From the NCBI RefSeq assembly GCF_009914755.1, contig NC_060934.1: 64,000 nucleotides of DNA, one strand, 5' to 3'. Made by a program: the position numbers and the translations under genes. The stretch's first letter is position 1, and the number at the start of each line of letters is the position of its first letter. The notes below the pieces were generated by a model. The model had not been told where the DNA came from and did no database searches. It saw only the letters and a program-made list of their open reading frames with translations. This stretch comes from the human T2T-CHM13v2.0 reference genome, Homo sapiens. Below are positions 44,169 to 59,018 of this stretch, piece after piece.

Positions 44169-44666
44169 ACTTGCTTTGAAATTTTAAAACCTATTCTACA
44201 AGAAAAAAGAAAGGGATTAGAGAAATATTACTTAGTTGCTAAATGGAAATCTTAAGTCTGCTTTTCAAACCTGTCTGGCCAGCGCTCTAACAAGTTTCAG
44301 CCATTAGCTCACTGCTCATGCATGGCTTATTGAGCAAAGACTGGCTGGTAAAAATTTATAAAATAGTATGTTTTAAAATTTCTCTGCAAGACTGGCTTTA
44401 AAGCAATCTTTTAAAATGAGAACAACTGTTGAATTTTATCTTAAGACATCTTAGTTTTCACATTTTCAAGAAGAAAATGCAAACAAGTAAAACATTATAC
44501 TTCAGTCATACACACCAAATATTGTAGCAAAAACCTGTATTATTGTTTCTTAGTGTTTTCACTAAAAGATCACGCAAACTAGGGAAGTCTAGTATCTTTT
44601 TAAACCAAGAGTCATGTTAGCACCATACTAAATTGTACATAATATATCTTTGAGAATAAGTGGCTA

Positions 44667-44986
<320 letters not shown>

Positions 44987-46494
44987 TCGTAATAATACAA
45001 TAGAGTGATATTTTTAAGAGGAGAGAAAGTAAACTGAAAAATTAGAAGACTGTCCATATTTTCCATATTAAAATACATTCTCCAGATTCACCAAACTTGG
45101 GAGCCAAATTTCCAAGACATTTTCTTGTTGCAATGGTTTCCTTTATAGCACATAATAGTGTACAAGTGATTCTACTTCCAGCTGGCTACATCCAAGCACC
45201 ACTATCTTTATTGGCAACAAAGAATATATGTTTATTAAGTATTCAGCAAGCAACATCATTCATTTTGCAACTTGAAGTGGGTAGTTCGACCTCAAATGCA
45301 GATATGAAAACGATTTTACCTTCAGAAGTATTAAAAAAAAGCTGAATTCTGCATCTAAAATAATTAGGAAAGATACTATTATTAGTCATGAGTTATTACT
45401 GCAGCACCTTTTTAAGGGGCCCTAGGAAGTTGCTTTCTCACTAGGCATTGTTTCCCAGTGATGAAAATGACATTTTGGCTTAGGTATACCCTTTTGAGGG
45501 TCCATCAACACAGCACTCGGGAAGTGGTGCCAGGCTTGGAGAAACAGGTGAATGAACGCAGGACAGCATGCTTCCTGAACTGGTTCTTCCACAAACAATC
45601 AAGGTCAGAGTGGGACTTACTTTTTCTGTGGGCATATGCTAGAGAAACTATGAAAGTATAAAAAAAATGCCAGGGTACCATGCCAGCAAGAATGATGGGC
45701 AGAGTAGAGAGAGAAGAAAAGAAAGAGGCCTTTAAACAGCAAAAACACAATATAGATTAGAACCTCAGAGTTTCTGGGGCTCACACTAGGTACGAGCTTC
45801 TTTACATTAGTTTAGATTTTTAGCAACTGCTGGGAAGAATTAAGGTGTGTTAGAAATTCACTATCCTGGGTAAACTGATAAAGCACTAAATCACGTTGAG
45901 GGACTAGTCTCTTTATAGCAAATTTAAATTTGATATCCTTACTAATAATGAATGATTTAGCTAAATTAAAAATAAATTGTAAGATTTTTTGCGAACATTT
46001 CAATGTATAGAACAGAATGAAATGTAAACTACTCTGGTAAAATATATATCTTACTATAATTACAAATAGAAATAAAAAGTATTCTTAGTAGCCCCCTTGA
46101 AATGAACACTAAAAATAAGTATTATAACAAGTATAGAGCAGTATTTGAATTTAAATTATTTTTTATCCTGATTAAAACAAATGTTACCTGTTATTTTTGT
46201 GACAAAAAATATTTGAGGGGTCAATATGAAATGTTCAATTATGTTTTCAGGATAAACTGAGTAACAGGGGGAATCAAAGGATAGTGCTTGGGAAACAGCA
46301 CATGCTCAAGAAAGTTTTTTTTTTTTTTTTTTTTTTTTTTGTAAATCTGGAACCAAGGATTTTAATACCAATGATAATATAATGTTTGCCCAACATTAAG
46401 AGTCAAATCAAATCATAGTTTATCTATTACGGCTCTAAACCAATTACAAAATATTACAAAAAATAATAACGCTTTTCTGTAAAATATCTGTATT

Positions 46495-46761
46495 GGCTGG
46501 GCATGGTGGTTCACGCCTATAATCCTGGCACTTTCAGAGGCCAAGGTGAGTGAATCGCTTGAGTCCAGGAGTTCAAGACAAGCCTACGCAACGTAGCAAA
46601 ACTCCACCTCTACAAAAAATACCAAAATTAGCCAGGCATGGTGATGTGCACCTGTAGTCCCAGCTACTTAAGAGACTGAGGCGGGAGGATCGTTTGAGCC
46701 CTGGAGGCAGAGGCTGCAGTGAGCCAAGATCATACCAGCCTGGCCTCAAAAAACAAAAAAA
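46495..46761 (+). mobile_element. AluJ-like, with deletion near the 3' end
   Basis: Diverged dimer with ggaggatcgtttgagccc; TSD-like atct(g/t)tatt. Confidence 0.9.
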
Positions 46762-49224
46762 TCTTTATTAGACACTGGGCATCACAGGGTAGCAGCATTT
46801 GTTCTCTTATGACCAAATTAATGGTCAAATTGTTTTTTACCAAAAGCAAGTTTCTACCTTATCAAAAGTAAGAAGTAACACAAAGTATTAAGTAAAAATG
46901 ACAACGTAAGGATGCAGAATATTCTCGTTTAGGTTTTAAAAAAATACACACAGATATGTGTATATATATATGTGTATAGAACTTTTGAAATCTATACATA
47001 TTCAGTTACTAATTTAAAAAATCTAACAGACTTTTACTTAAAAATCATTTGAGAAACTTTTGAACCCCTTTCTTTGAAGTAGGCAGAAGTCCTGCATTGA
47101 AAAACAAAGTACTTATTTAAGAACAAAAGGATTTCTTTAGAATTTTCCAAGTTATTACAGCTTGTCAATCCCTCCCCCCACAGTACCGCAAAGTAGTATA
47201 TACAAAAGGATAGGGGGAAAACGTGATTTTCCTTAACACTGGCCAGTGACACACCTTGAAGCCACAGTTGGTTTAACTGAAGCCTATAGTGATCAACTGT
47301 GCCTTTGCAGAGTAATTTAACTACTCAACAACTGGAAAGAGAAACAAGATTTAGTGAAAAAAGCACCATGCTGACGAACAACAATTATTGCCCATATTAA
47401 GCTCTATTTTCTGAGTCAAAGTTTGGGTCATGTAAAAGTAAAACTGGCCCCAGAGAAGAGAACCGTTTCTCACAGATTGCCATTTAAACCTCAAATGACC
47501 ATGTTTCACAGCAGGCTGAATACATTCCAGCATGTAACTGCATTTTAATTTCCTAAAACCACAGGATATAAGTCTGATTTCAAATAGTGTCTGGACTGTG
47601 ATATTCAATACTGATAAAACTGTGTGGTATTCTCTTGAAAGTTCCACAGATTCAGCATATGAAAAAAAGATCTTCAATTTCTTCAAAGCACTTATTCTCA
47701 AAGAAATTTACTTCTTTCTAAATGAATTCTAAACAATGTTAAGAGCTAAAGCTACTGCCATAAGAAATGTAACCTACTAGTTACAGGAAAAGAACATACA
47801 ATATATTCATCGCTCACCAGGATACAGTATGTTCTTGACAAAAATGGTCATTATGAGACTTTAAATCTTTTTTGCCATGTTTGTTAGTATTTATTCTGGA
47901 AAATAATTTTAAAATCTATTAACATGAATGTTTACTTGAATGTCTATTCAATGGATGGAAATTATTCAGTCACCTTCTCAACTTTATAAAAGGAGAATTT
48001 GTTTAGTCTCTAAGTATTATGTAAGAAGAAATGCAACCTTTAAAACTGACCAATAAGGAAAAAAAGAAGGTGAAGCGATCATAAGTTGGGGAATAAGAAA
48101 TTTAGGATCATAATATAATTGGAATGCAACTTATACAGAAACAGTTTTATATGTGAATATGAAATCTTTTAGTAAGATGTTCAGCAGTTTTCATCATAGG
48201 GACTAGACTGACTGACCTTAAAAAAGCTAGAGAGGAAATTTCTTTTGAGGGAAGAGAGGAGAGTAGATAAGTATATGCTTTCTCTTATAATACTATTGCC
48301 TTTGGCTCTGAGCCTGACTCCAAAATTGACTGACAAATTTAATGTTTGTTTTTAAGCAACATACCTGATCAATGAGGTGTAACTTTACTCAGAATGAAAC
48401 GATCAGACGCTGGCTAATAATTTCAGGTGTGGGAACTATAAAACTCTGGTTATTCTAGGAAACCTAAACATCTAGAAAAACAGGGGCTAATGCCAGGGTA
48501 CCTGGCATATGAGTCAGCTGGGTCCCTATGGTCACTCGTCATCAGGTTCTAAGGTATCATCATGTGTAAGAAAGAGTCACTCTTGATTTCATAACAGCTT
48601 TTCAAGGAGATAACAAAATACATTACATGGGCCAATTTTTTTACACAAAAAACCTGATTTGTGAAACAAATGCACATCTTAGAACTGAAGAAGTTACTGC
48701 GTCCCTTTCCCCACCCCCTTATCTTTCATTTGGTTTTGCTCCATCTACTCCTCTCTTCTCCTCCAGACTTTCCATTGATCTTTCCTTCTTTTTTCCCAAA
48801 CTTAGACAACGGGTGGTAGCTAGAAAAATGTTTATACTCTTAAGAAATATGGATCAGGCATCTCCTCTGTGGTGGGGTTCTGTGAGACCTCAAAGTTCAA
48901 TTAAGCACAACTGAGAATATCAAGGAACTTTAAGGGGAAGACAAGCATGTCAACTTAATGCAACCCATCCTGAGAGCATCAGCACCTGTGCCTGTCTTAC
49001 AAAGCCACGGCTAAATGCCGTGAGGACTACAAGGGCTGTGTGGAGGAGGGCTACTTTGAACTGTAAGTGGTACTTAGACTACAGGGAGGTAAACAAAACT
49101 GCACGATTTTGCAGAGAGGGATCACAGTAAATAAAAGTAAATGCAGACAAAAGCCTGTGGCATATATAGGATGCAGCATTCTAATTTGGCTAGTGACCAC
49201 CAAAAAACAGTAATAGGGGGCTGT

Positions 49225-49400
49225 TCTTAGCATGTTTATCTCATTTTAATCCTCATTACAGCTAGTAGGTCCTATTATTACCTCCATTTTAAAAGTGAGA
49301 AATCTGAGACAAGGGAGATTATTAAATTGCCTAAGGGCATACAGTTTACCAGCTGATCATGAAGCCAGGATCTGAATCCAGGAAGCCTAACTCCAGGGCT
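49225..49400. mobile_element. MIR fragment
   Basis: tattattacctccatttt...gagaaatctgagac...ttgcctaaggg core. Confidence 0.65.
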
Positions 49401-49404
49401 ATGC

Positions 49405-49826
<422 letters not shown>

Positions 49827-50239
49827 TAGAAAGTAAAAAAAGTATTGTCACAAAATCCATTACAGTCTGTTTGCCTCCATGAAACCATCCTACAACTTTA
49901 TTCGGTCCAGTTGGTCAATATTTCCATCTTCTCTACATTGACTAAATAATCCATCTAGCAGACAATTTTTAGGCACCGTGATAGTTGGAAAAGATATGGA
50001 TATTGATATCAGCCCCTCAAAGCATATAAAAACTAATCTAATGGGAGAAGCTAGGTCAGTAAGTGGCACAAGCACGTGAGGTTTCTTAATTTTGTGCCAA
50101 ACTGTGTGAGTTTGTGTGCATGTGCAAAGTCTTCCTCTATCTTACACACACACACACACACACTCATGCACAGCATACTCTATAATATACAAAGCTACCT
50201 GGACCCTGTTAAGAGCCACAGCCACACACACATGGATCA

Positions 50240-50479
<240 letters not shown>

Positions 50480-51050
50480 CTAGGAAAGGTTTAAAGCAAA
50501 AACTTAAAAGTCAACCAGAAACTGTTTTACTGTAAATACTAAGCAACCCTGTAGCTGATAGTTTTCCCATCTCATGAAAGCACGTTTGACTCAAGGCTCT
50601 CTGAAAGTTAAACACCACGACTTAGGATGCCTGTGTTGATTTGGAAAATTCGAGTTTTTACTCCCTTTTGGAAGAAATATTCAATGTGATTCTTGCTGAG
50701 CTGACTTGAGAATAACCAGTTTCAAAATTGTCTTTCAAATACTAGTTAATTAACAAAGAGAAGTTTCTTTTCATGTATTAGAGCACTGTATAAAGTGAAC
50801 TTATTTTTCAACATGGAATTTCACTATCCTTAATGACAAATTTTTTAATTTGTGATTTGTAGACTCAGTTGATAATATTCATTCTTCTCTAATGTAGTAG
50901 AAAGTACTGTTTTATCAATATACTTCTATAAGCAATCTAAACTGATAAACGTATAATAAAGAGAAGTTTAAGAAACAAGTTTCAGGGAAACATCTGATAA
51001 TCCACTGAACTTTCTTCAAAAATCCCACTTAAAATTCCATTTAAAAATTT

Positions 51051-51179
51051 TATGTGTACATATATATGTGTGTATATATATATGTGTGTGTGTACATATA
51101 TGTGTGTATACATACATATATGTGTATATATGTATACATGTGTGTATATATGTATATATGTGTATATATATGTATACAC

Positions 51180-51212
<33 letters not shown>
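51051..51212. repeat. Compound (TA/TG/CA)n microsatellite, ~160 bp
   Basis: Alternating purine-pyrimidine tract abutting an Alu tail. Confidence 0.95.
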
Positions 51213-51576
<364 letters not shown>

Positions 51577-52924
51577 TAAAGAAAAAAAATCATTCACTTA
51601 ATGGGGATAATGAAGATGGTACAAATTATTTGAAAACATTTTGTGAAAATTTTCATAACTATCAAGGTTTTGTATTCTTTGAGCTTATTTAAAATTCCAA
51701 GTGTCTCGCTTCTAAATTTTAAAACTCATTATAGAGGTTAAAATCTAGTATAGTGTTTTTCAATTGTTTTTTACTACAACCCATAGTACAAAATACATTC
51801 TATATCACAGCCTAGTAAACATATTTGCAAACATAAAACCAGAAACAAACCTTTTAGTATACAATGCTTACCGATGTTATGTTCTAGTCTATTTTATTTC
51901 ATTTTTCAAAAAATGCTGCTCATGAACCACCAAAACTGCTTTTACAAGCAACAAATGAGTTACACCATAGAGTTTGAAAAACACCAGTGCAAAACTCATT
52001 ACAAAGAATACAGCCTAAGAGCTCGGCAGTGATTCTGTTCGACGGAAAGGCTCTATACCAGGTGCTGTGTGAGTCACCATATGAAGCATAGATACAAAAT
52101 GAACACCACGTCCTATTAGCTCGCAAAGCATTCAGAAGTCTGGAAGCCAAAAAGAGAGGCTATACATCCACAAAATGTGAGGAAACATTCTTTCCTGTTT
52201 GAGTGGCTGGGAGAGGGTTCAAGGAGGATATGGGGTTTTAATGAGGACTTAAAAGACTGACTGAATTAAGCCTAGGGTAGGATGAAAAGAAATGAGAACA
52301 ATCTAGATAAAGGGAACGGCATAAACAAAGACACAGAGTTGGGCCAAGTAGAAAACTCCAAGGAACAGGAAATGGCAGGGCACCACAGCGATGGAACAGT
52401 GGGATGGATCAGATTCTGGGGGACATTCTGGGCAGCAGTCAGATGTTTGGAATTTTCTTCTAGATGAAATGGGAAGGCTTGTTGGATAAGAGGGAGAGTT
52501 TTGTTCTATTCCAATAGGAGCAGATAACAGGGTGAAGACCAGAAGTCAGGTCTCTGACTCAGCTTTCCTGGAGTGCTCACTGCACTGTTGCTGGCTCACT
52601 GCACTGTTGCTGCCTCACTGCCCTACAGCAGTAGAAGGCCATCTACCACGGGCAGCTCCAGGTGGTCTACAGACGCATCTAATAATATTCAAACACAGAA
52701 TTAGGAATGAATTGAGGATTTACTTAGGAAGTGTAATAAAGCCAGATATTTCACTGCTATCTATCTTATCAAAAACAATGGCATTATCTCCATTAACTCA
52801 GAAACTGTTTTACTGGGGGAAAGGACATGAATCAGAAAACTAGACAGCATCCTAAAGCTGTGCTTCTAAGTCTGTTTTTTCCTTCTTGGTGATAGATCAC
52901 TTTGCAAATCTGACGGAAAAAAGG

Positions 52925-54420
52925 CTAAATATAAAAGCTAAAGATATAAAACTTCTGGGGAAAAAAAAGGACTAAATTTTCTTGACCTGGGAGTATAGAA
53001 GTTTTCTTTTGTAAACAAAATGAACCAACCATAGAGGAAGAAAACTGATGAACTATACTTCCTCAAAATTATCTTCAAAAAAACTACTAGGAAAATAAAT
53101 AGGAAAGCCAAAAACTGGGAGAAAATTTTGACAAAACATATATTTAAAAACAGACTTGTATCCGGAATATATAAAGAATTATAACAACTCAATAATAAGA
53201 ACACAATGCATTTTTTTAAAAAAGGCAAATCACTTAAGCACTTCACCAAAGATATATGAATGCCTAATAAGCATGTGAAGAGATGTTCAACATTGTCAGT
53301 TACCAGAAATGCAAATTAAAACCATAACAAATTATCATTATCACTGCATGTCCACTAGAATGGCTAAATTTTAAAAAGACGGAAGAAACAAGTTTTGGTA
53401 AGGATTTGGACTAATTAGAACTTACATATTGTTGGTTTAAAATGGTGAAACACTTGATAAAATATAAATATTCTTGTACATATCATTTGTGAATATGCCT
53501 AGGATAAATTCCTTCAACTGGGAATGTTGGGTAAAAGGGTTTTAACTTTTATAGTGTCAAATGACTTTCCATAGAAGTTGTGCCATTTTACATTCTCATC
53601 AGCAACATTATGCTCCCAAGTTGATTTCCCTCACATCCTTACCAAGATAGTATACTACCAAAACTTTCCATCTTTGCTGTTCTAAAAAATGACATTTCAT
53701 GTGGTTTTAATTAGCATTATGTATCTTCATATATTTAGAGGAATTTGCATTTTTCTTTTTCATAAAGTTGGCCCATTTTATTGTTAAATTGCTGGCCTTT
53801 CCTTATTAAACAATTCTTTATATATTAAGAACTCTTTATATATTAAGCCCTTGGTTTGTAAAATATGTCATAAATCTTTTCCAAGTTTATATATCTTCTG
53901 ACTTTCTATGCCATACTCTTACGCCATATGAAAATCTGATGTGTGGTCAAATCGATAATTTTTAAAAATGGGCTCTGGGTTTACACAATAATTAAGAAGG
54001 CCACCCTCACTTTCAAGGTTATGAAAGCATACTTTCATATTTTTTCTAGTACTTTCATGGTTTCATAATATTACATTTACATTTATGCTCCATCTGGAAT
54101 TTATTGTGATATAAGGTATACAAAAAGAATCCAACTTAATTTCTTTCAAATGTTTATTCAGTGACCTCAGCATCATTTTTAAAACAATCTTCATTTCCCC
54201 TGCTAATTTGGTAACTTACTGAATTCCCATATATAGGGAAATCTCTTTCAAGACTTTCTACGTATCCTGTTATACTGACCTGTCTTATCAAGTACCAGTA
54301 CCACACAGTTTTAACTATTAAAGCTTTATATTATATTTTAACATCTTGGAGATTTAATTCCCCCTCATCACTCTTCATTTGTAGAATTTTCTGGCTCATT
54401 TTACTTAATTGTTCTAGGAT
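52925..54420. mobile_element. Old L1 fragments: + strand ~52925-53460, - strand ~53465-54420
   Basis: L1 ORF2 C-terminal motifs (actgggagaaaatttt, aataagcatgtgaagagatgttcaac), then reverse-complement L1 motifs. Confidence 0.75.
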
Positions 54421-54527
54421 TCTGAATTTGGTACAAAAATATTACCAACATGAATAAGGAGACACTAATAAAAATGGAATAGCATATCTTGATCTTTGTG
54501 ACAGCAGAACATAAAAGAAGAGAATAC

Positions 54528-54736
54528 CCAGGCTGGGCAACACAGTGAGACCCCATCTCTACAAAAAAATTTTTTAATTAGCTGGGCATGGTGGTGCACA
54601 CCTATAGTCCCAGCTATTTGGGAGGCTGAGGTGGGAATATCTCTTGAGCCCAGGAGGGTAGAGGCAATAGTCAGCAGTGATTGTGTCACTGCACTCCAGA
54701 TCAGGTGACAAAGACCCTGTCTCCAAAAAAAAAAAA
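54528..54736 (+). mobile_element. 5'-truncated AluJ-like
   Basis: Starts mid left arm; TSD agaagagaatacc. Confidence 0.9.
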
Positions 54737-55056
54737 GGAGAAGAGAATACCAAGAATGTCTGGTAAAAAAAAAAAAAAAAAAAAAGAACATATGTATCAT
54801 CTCAAAAAACAACATAAGACCTTAAACATACGAATGGCCCCATTTTCTAATATAAGGTGGAACTGAATGCTCACTGGCAAAAAAAGCACAGGACAAATAT
54901 CGAGGGTGGAGATGGGGGTGATCGGACATCAACTTTTGAGTCCTTAAGGTTAAAACAGAGCCTGTTTTCCTTCATAACATAAACCTTGCGGATACGCAGA
55001 TTCATCAACAGCCACCTGAATCCAGTGCCTAGATTTAACAACGATGCTGACCATCA

Positions 55057-55404
<348 letters not shown>

Positions 55405-57419
55405 TTACATAAATCCTCACTATGTAACAGGCACTAAAGGCTGGAACAAAAAGATGAACAAATGCATGCCTCTCGATAATTCACAACCTACTGGGAGTGA
55501 TAAAGCTGGATAAAGATGAAGTATGCATAAAACATAAAAAATATGACAGTGTACAACTGTCCCAAGTTTCTAAATTTTCACAGTGCTCTAAGAAGGTAAC
55601 ACCTGCTCATACAATGATATTTCATTTTTTAACTCTTTAAATACTCAGTTTATCTCACTCGAAGACCATAAATGCATACATTTTAACTTCTGCTCATCAT
55701 CTGAAATCACGTTTTTAGACTAGGTTAAAACATTATTTTTCTTCTAAGTACAGGCTCATTTCAGTGTTTCAGATATTCTCACAAGCCGTCAAAGAATTGA
55801 GATTTATGAAATAAACCACTTTGAAATGTTATGCTTTCTAAACTAAGCTGGTCGAGAGTTAAATGACCAAAGTGCTTAAAGCTCAATTCAAAGTCACCAT
55901 CACACAAATGAAAACACAGGGGGTTGAAAGCTACCCTGCCTCTTCAGCTAGTATAAGAAAATGAGAAATGTTTGTATGAAGAATGTAATTACTTAAGGAT
56001 TTGGACATAGTTTCCCATGGTCAGAAGAAAAAATATTTAATCAACCTCTAAGTATATTCATTCAGATTGGAACAAAGAGGTAAAAGCAGATTAATTCTTT
56101 CCTAGGGTGCTGACTTTTTGTAAATAAGAAGAAATGAGTTACCACAGATTTTCTAAGTACTCAAAATTTTGAAAATGTAATTGGTCTGACAGGGCTTCTC
56201 TCACAATTTTTTGGAGAGTTCTTTCAATCCACAATTTTAGAAGATGACTGCTAGACATCCTTTGCAAGTCCTCAGAAATTCAGCCATCCAACAAGAACAA
56301 AAGGAAACCTTACCAAGCAAAGGCACCTATTTCAAGAGGGAAGGCTACCACAGAGGATAACATAGTTCAAGATAAGATGCCTGAAAAAGTTAAAAAATAA
56401 CGTTTAAAAATACTAAACATAGAGAAGGGATGCTTACTTTTTATTATTAATTAAACATTTTTTTGGTGAGGGATCATCACTCAGTTCAAAGCCGTCAAAG
56501 GGAAAAGTTCAGCAAATCCTATGATTCCTGACTTCACCAAACGATTTTAACTTCTGCAACTATTTACAAACTGTTTTAGAACTGGAAAACAAAACTCAAA
56601 AACAAAATGAAACAAACTACCTATGCACGTCTATATTTTCAGTTACCACAGAAGAGTTAATGTTTTACACAAAGTAGAGCTGTAATATTCAATGGTCTTT
56701 TTCTTTGATGAAAACCACTTAGACTATTTGTAAGACTCAATTAAAAAAACTAAAATATGGCCTCATAATATTTCAATTAATTTTACTAGGTTGTCATAGA
56801 ATGAAAATCTAGGAAATGCCAAAGTTAAATCTAAAACATTGAAAGGAGAAGAAAAACACCCTAGCTAAATGCACTTCCTGCTCTATTTCTATTAAAAAAG
56901 ACTGTGTCTTCTGGAAGAGGAGATCATATACTTTTGGTTTTTGGTTAATGGAATGAACAAAGGCATTCTTCTCACTTGCATGCTTTAGCCTATAATTTGA
57001 AGAGCATTATCATACTGATCCAATTTCTTACCCTATAAAAGAATCACAAAATAAATACATGGAAAATATCTTAGTTTAACAAAATGTAACAGAATTTGGC
57101 CTAAAAATTAAAATCATTTTGATAGCCAGAGGTTAAAAGTTATCTCACTATCATATCTTACTGGATAACAATGAACACAAGTATAAAAGGACATATGTAT
57201 GTGGAAAAATTGGATTTCACAATTAGTAATAATTTCAGCAGAGATACTTTAAAGTAGACGAACGTCTTTTACTTCTAATTAAAACACAGCAAACAACACT
57301 AAGAGACTTTCCCTCAGTTAAACTGTAACTAGTTAGAAATCTGAATTTTCAAAGGCGAAAGTTATAAACTGATACAGAGGAGGAGCAAAAAATGTTTCCA
57401 GCAAGCCCTAGTGATCCAT

Positions 57420-57625
57420 TTTTTTGCAATGTTTTCATTGATGTAATTCATATACCATTAAATTCACCCTTTTAAATTGTACAATTCAGCACTTTTTGTT
57501 TTCATAAGGTTGTACAAGCATCACCACTATCAGATTCCAAAACATTTTCATCATCCCCAAAGAAACCCAGTACCCATTAGCAGTCACTCCACATCCCCTT
57601 GCCCCCTAGCCCCTAGCAACCATTA
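57420..57625 (-). mobile_element. L1MB-like 3' end
   Basis: attcatataccattaaattcacccttttaaa...ccccaaagaaacccagtacccattagcagtcactcc. Confidence 0.8.
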
Positions 57626-57724
57626 TTGTGCTGACTATCCATTTAAAAATAGAATATTTCCTCACATACCACACTTCCTATTTGAGTGGGAGTAAAAAAA
57701 AAAAAAATACGAAGACATGGCACA

Positions 57725-58125
57725 GCCTATAAGGCCCTGAGTGGCACGGCCCATGTTACCCTTCAGACTGGTCGTCTACCACTTTATCCTCCTCCATCAT
57801 GTCACCTTCGCCACACTGGCTTCCTTGCGGTCCCTTGCACATGCTAGGCCTGCTCCCACCTCAGAGATTCTCACTGACTGTTCTCTCTTCTGGTCACAGC
57901 TACTTTAAGTTTTTGCTCAACGTCACATTCTCAATGAAGCCCACCTATCCTCCCTACCGTTTTACTTCCATGGGGCTTATCACTGTCTAACCGTCTTGTT
58001 AATTTCCTTATTTATTTATATCTATAGAAAACTACTTGTTAGAATGTAGAGTCAGGGATTTTAGTCTAACTTGATCACTAATGTGTTCCAAAACCTGCCC
58101 AGTAAATAACTACTGGGTGAATGAA
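57725..58125 (+). mobile_element. L2 fragment
   Basis: gccacactggcttcctt...gctcaacgtcacattctcaatgaagcc...gtgaatgaa. Confidence 0.6.
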
Positions 58126-58719
58126 CAACGACCATAGTACACTCCACCTATACCATTTCTACTTCCACTTTCTAAACAGTGGACATTACTTTAACACCTT
58201 CTGCCTTGCTCATTAACATGGCATGCATGAAGCAGTATTTGCTGAATTTGTATTTATGATGTGGCTCCCACATGTTCTTATTATATAAGAATAGTTCTCA
58301 ACCTTTGGGAATTCAGTGAATTATCACCAAATGCTAGAATTACAAGGACATAATCAAGACAGGGGCTATAAGAGTTACTGAAATTAAAAAGGGGGTTTTC
58401 ATACTCAAGAAGGTTAGAAACTACTGGCTCATGTCAATTTAAAGTTTTTTTGAATTGAAAGTATATGCCAATGAAATAAATTTATCTCAAAAGAGATGTA
58501 CAGCTTTTCATATTAATTTTCACTTTAAAAAAGAGAAGGAAAGGCAACTTCTGAAAGGGCCTCTTCATCTGTTAGGAGAGTTGAACAATGCCACTTTGGT
58601 GGGTAACAACAAAGACAATAATTACTTCTCTCTGTATTTGTTAAGAACATAGTCCTCATAATAATTCTGCACATTGTCTGAGTTAAATCTCACAATAACT
58701 TTAAAAAGTAATGAAGACA

Positions 58720-59018
58720 GGCCGGGTGCAGTGGCTCACGCCTGTAATCCCAGCACTTTGGGAGGCAGAAATGGGTGGATTACTTGAGGTCAGGAATTCG
58801 AGATCAGCCTGACCAACATGGTGAAACCCCTTCTCTACTAAAAATACAAAAATTGTTGGGCGTGGTGACACACGCCTGTGGTCCCAGCTACTCAGGAGGC
58901 TAAGGCAGGAGGATCACCTGAACCCAGAAGGTGGAGTTTGTAGTGAGCCAAGATCGTGCCACTGCATTCCAGCCTGGGTGACAGAGTAAGACTCTGTCTC
59001 AAGAAAAAAAAAAAAAAA
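58720..59018 (+). mobile_element. Alu (S-type)
   Basis: Full dimer; TSD gtaatgaagaca. Confidence 0.95.

Noticed and set aside
46810-46827. TGACCA-n6-TGGTCA everted repeat (nuclear-receptor-like)
   Set aside because: Non-consensus half-sites; 6-bp inverted repeats are expected by chance in 64 kb. The same applies to the short hairpins at 60488-60503 and 62883-62907.
47351-47701. 116-aa minus-strand ORF in unique sequence
   Set aside because: Non-ATG start, no recognisable homology, no convincing flanking splice sites.
53814-53847. Short tandem duplications (also near 6742, 8978, 34911, 36121)
   Set aside because: Ordinary slippage duplications with only 2-3 copies and no spacer structure.
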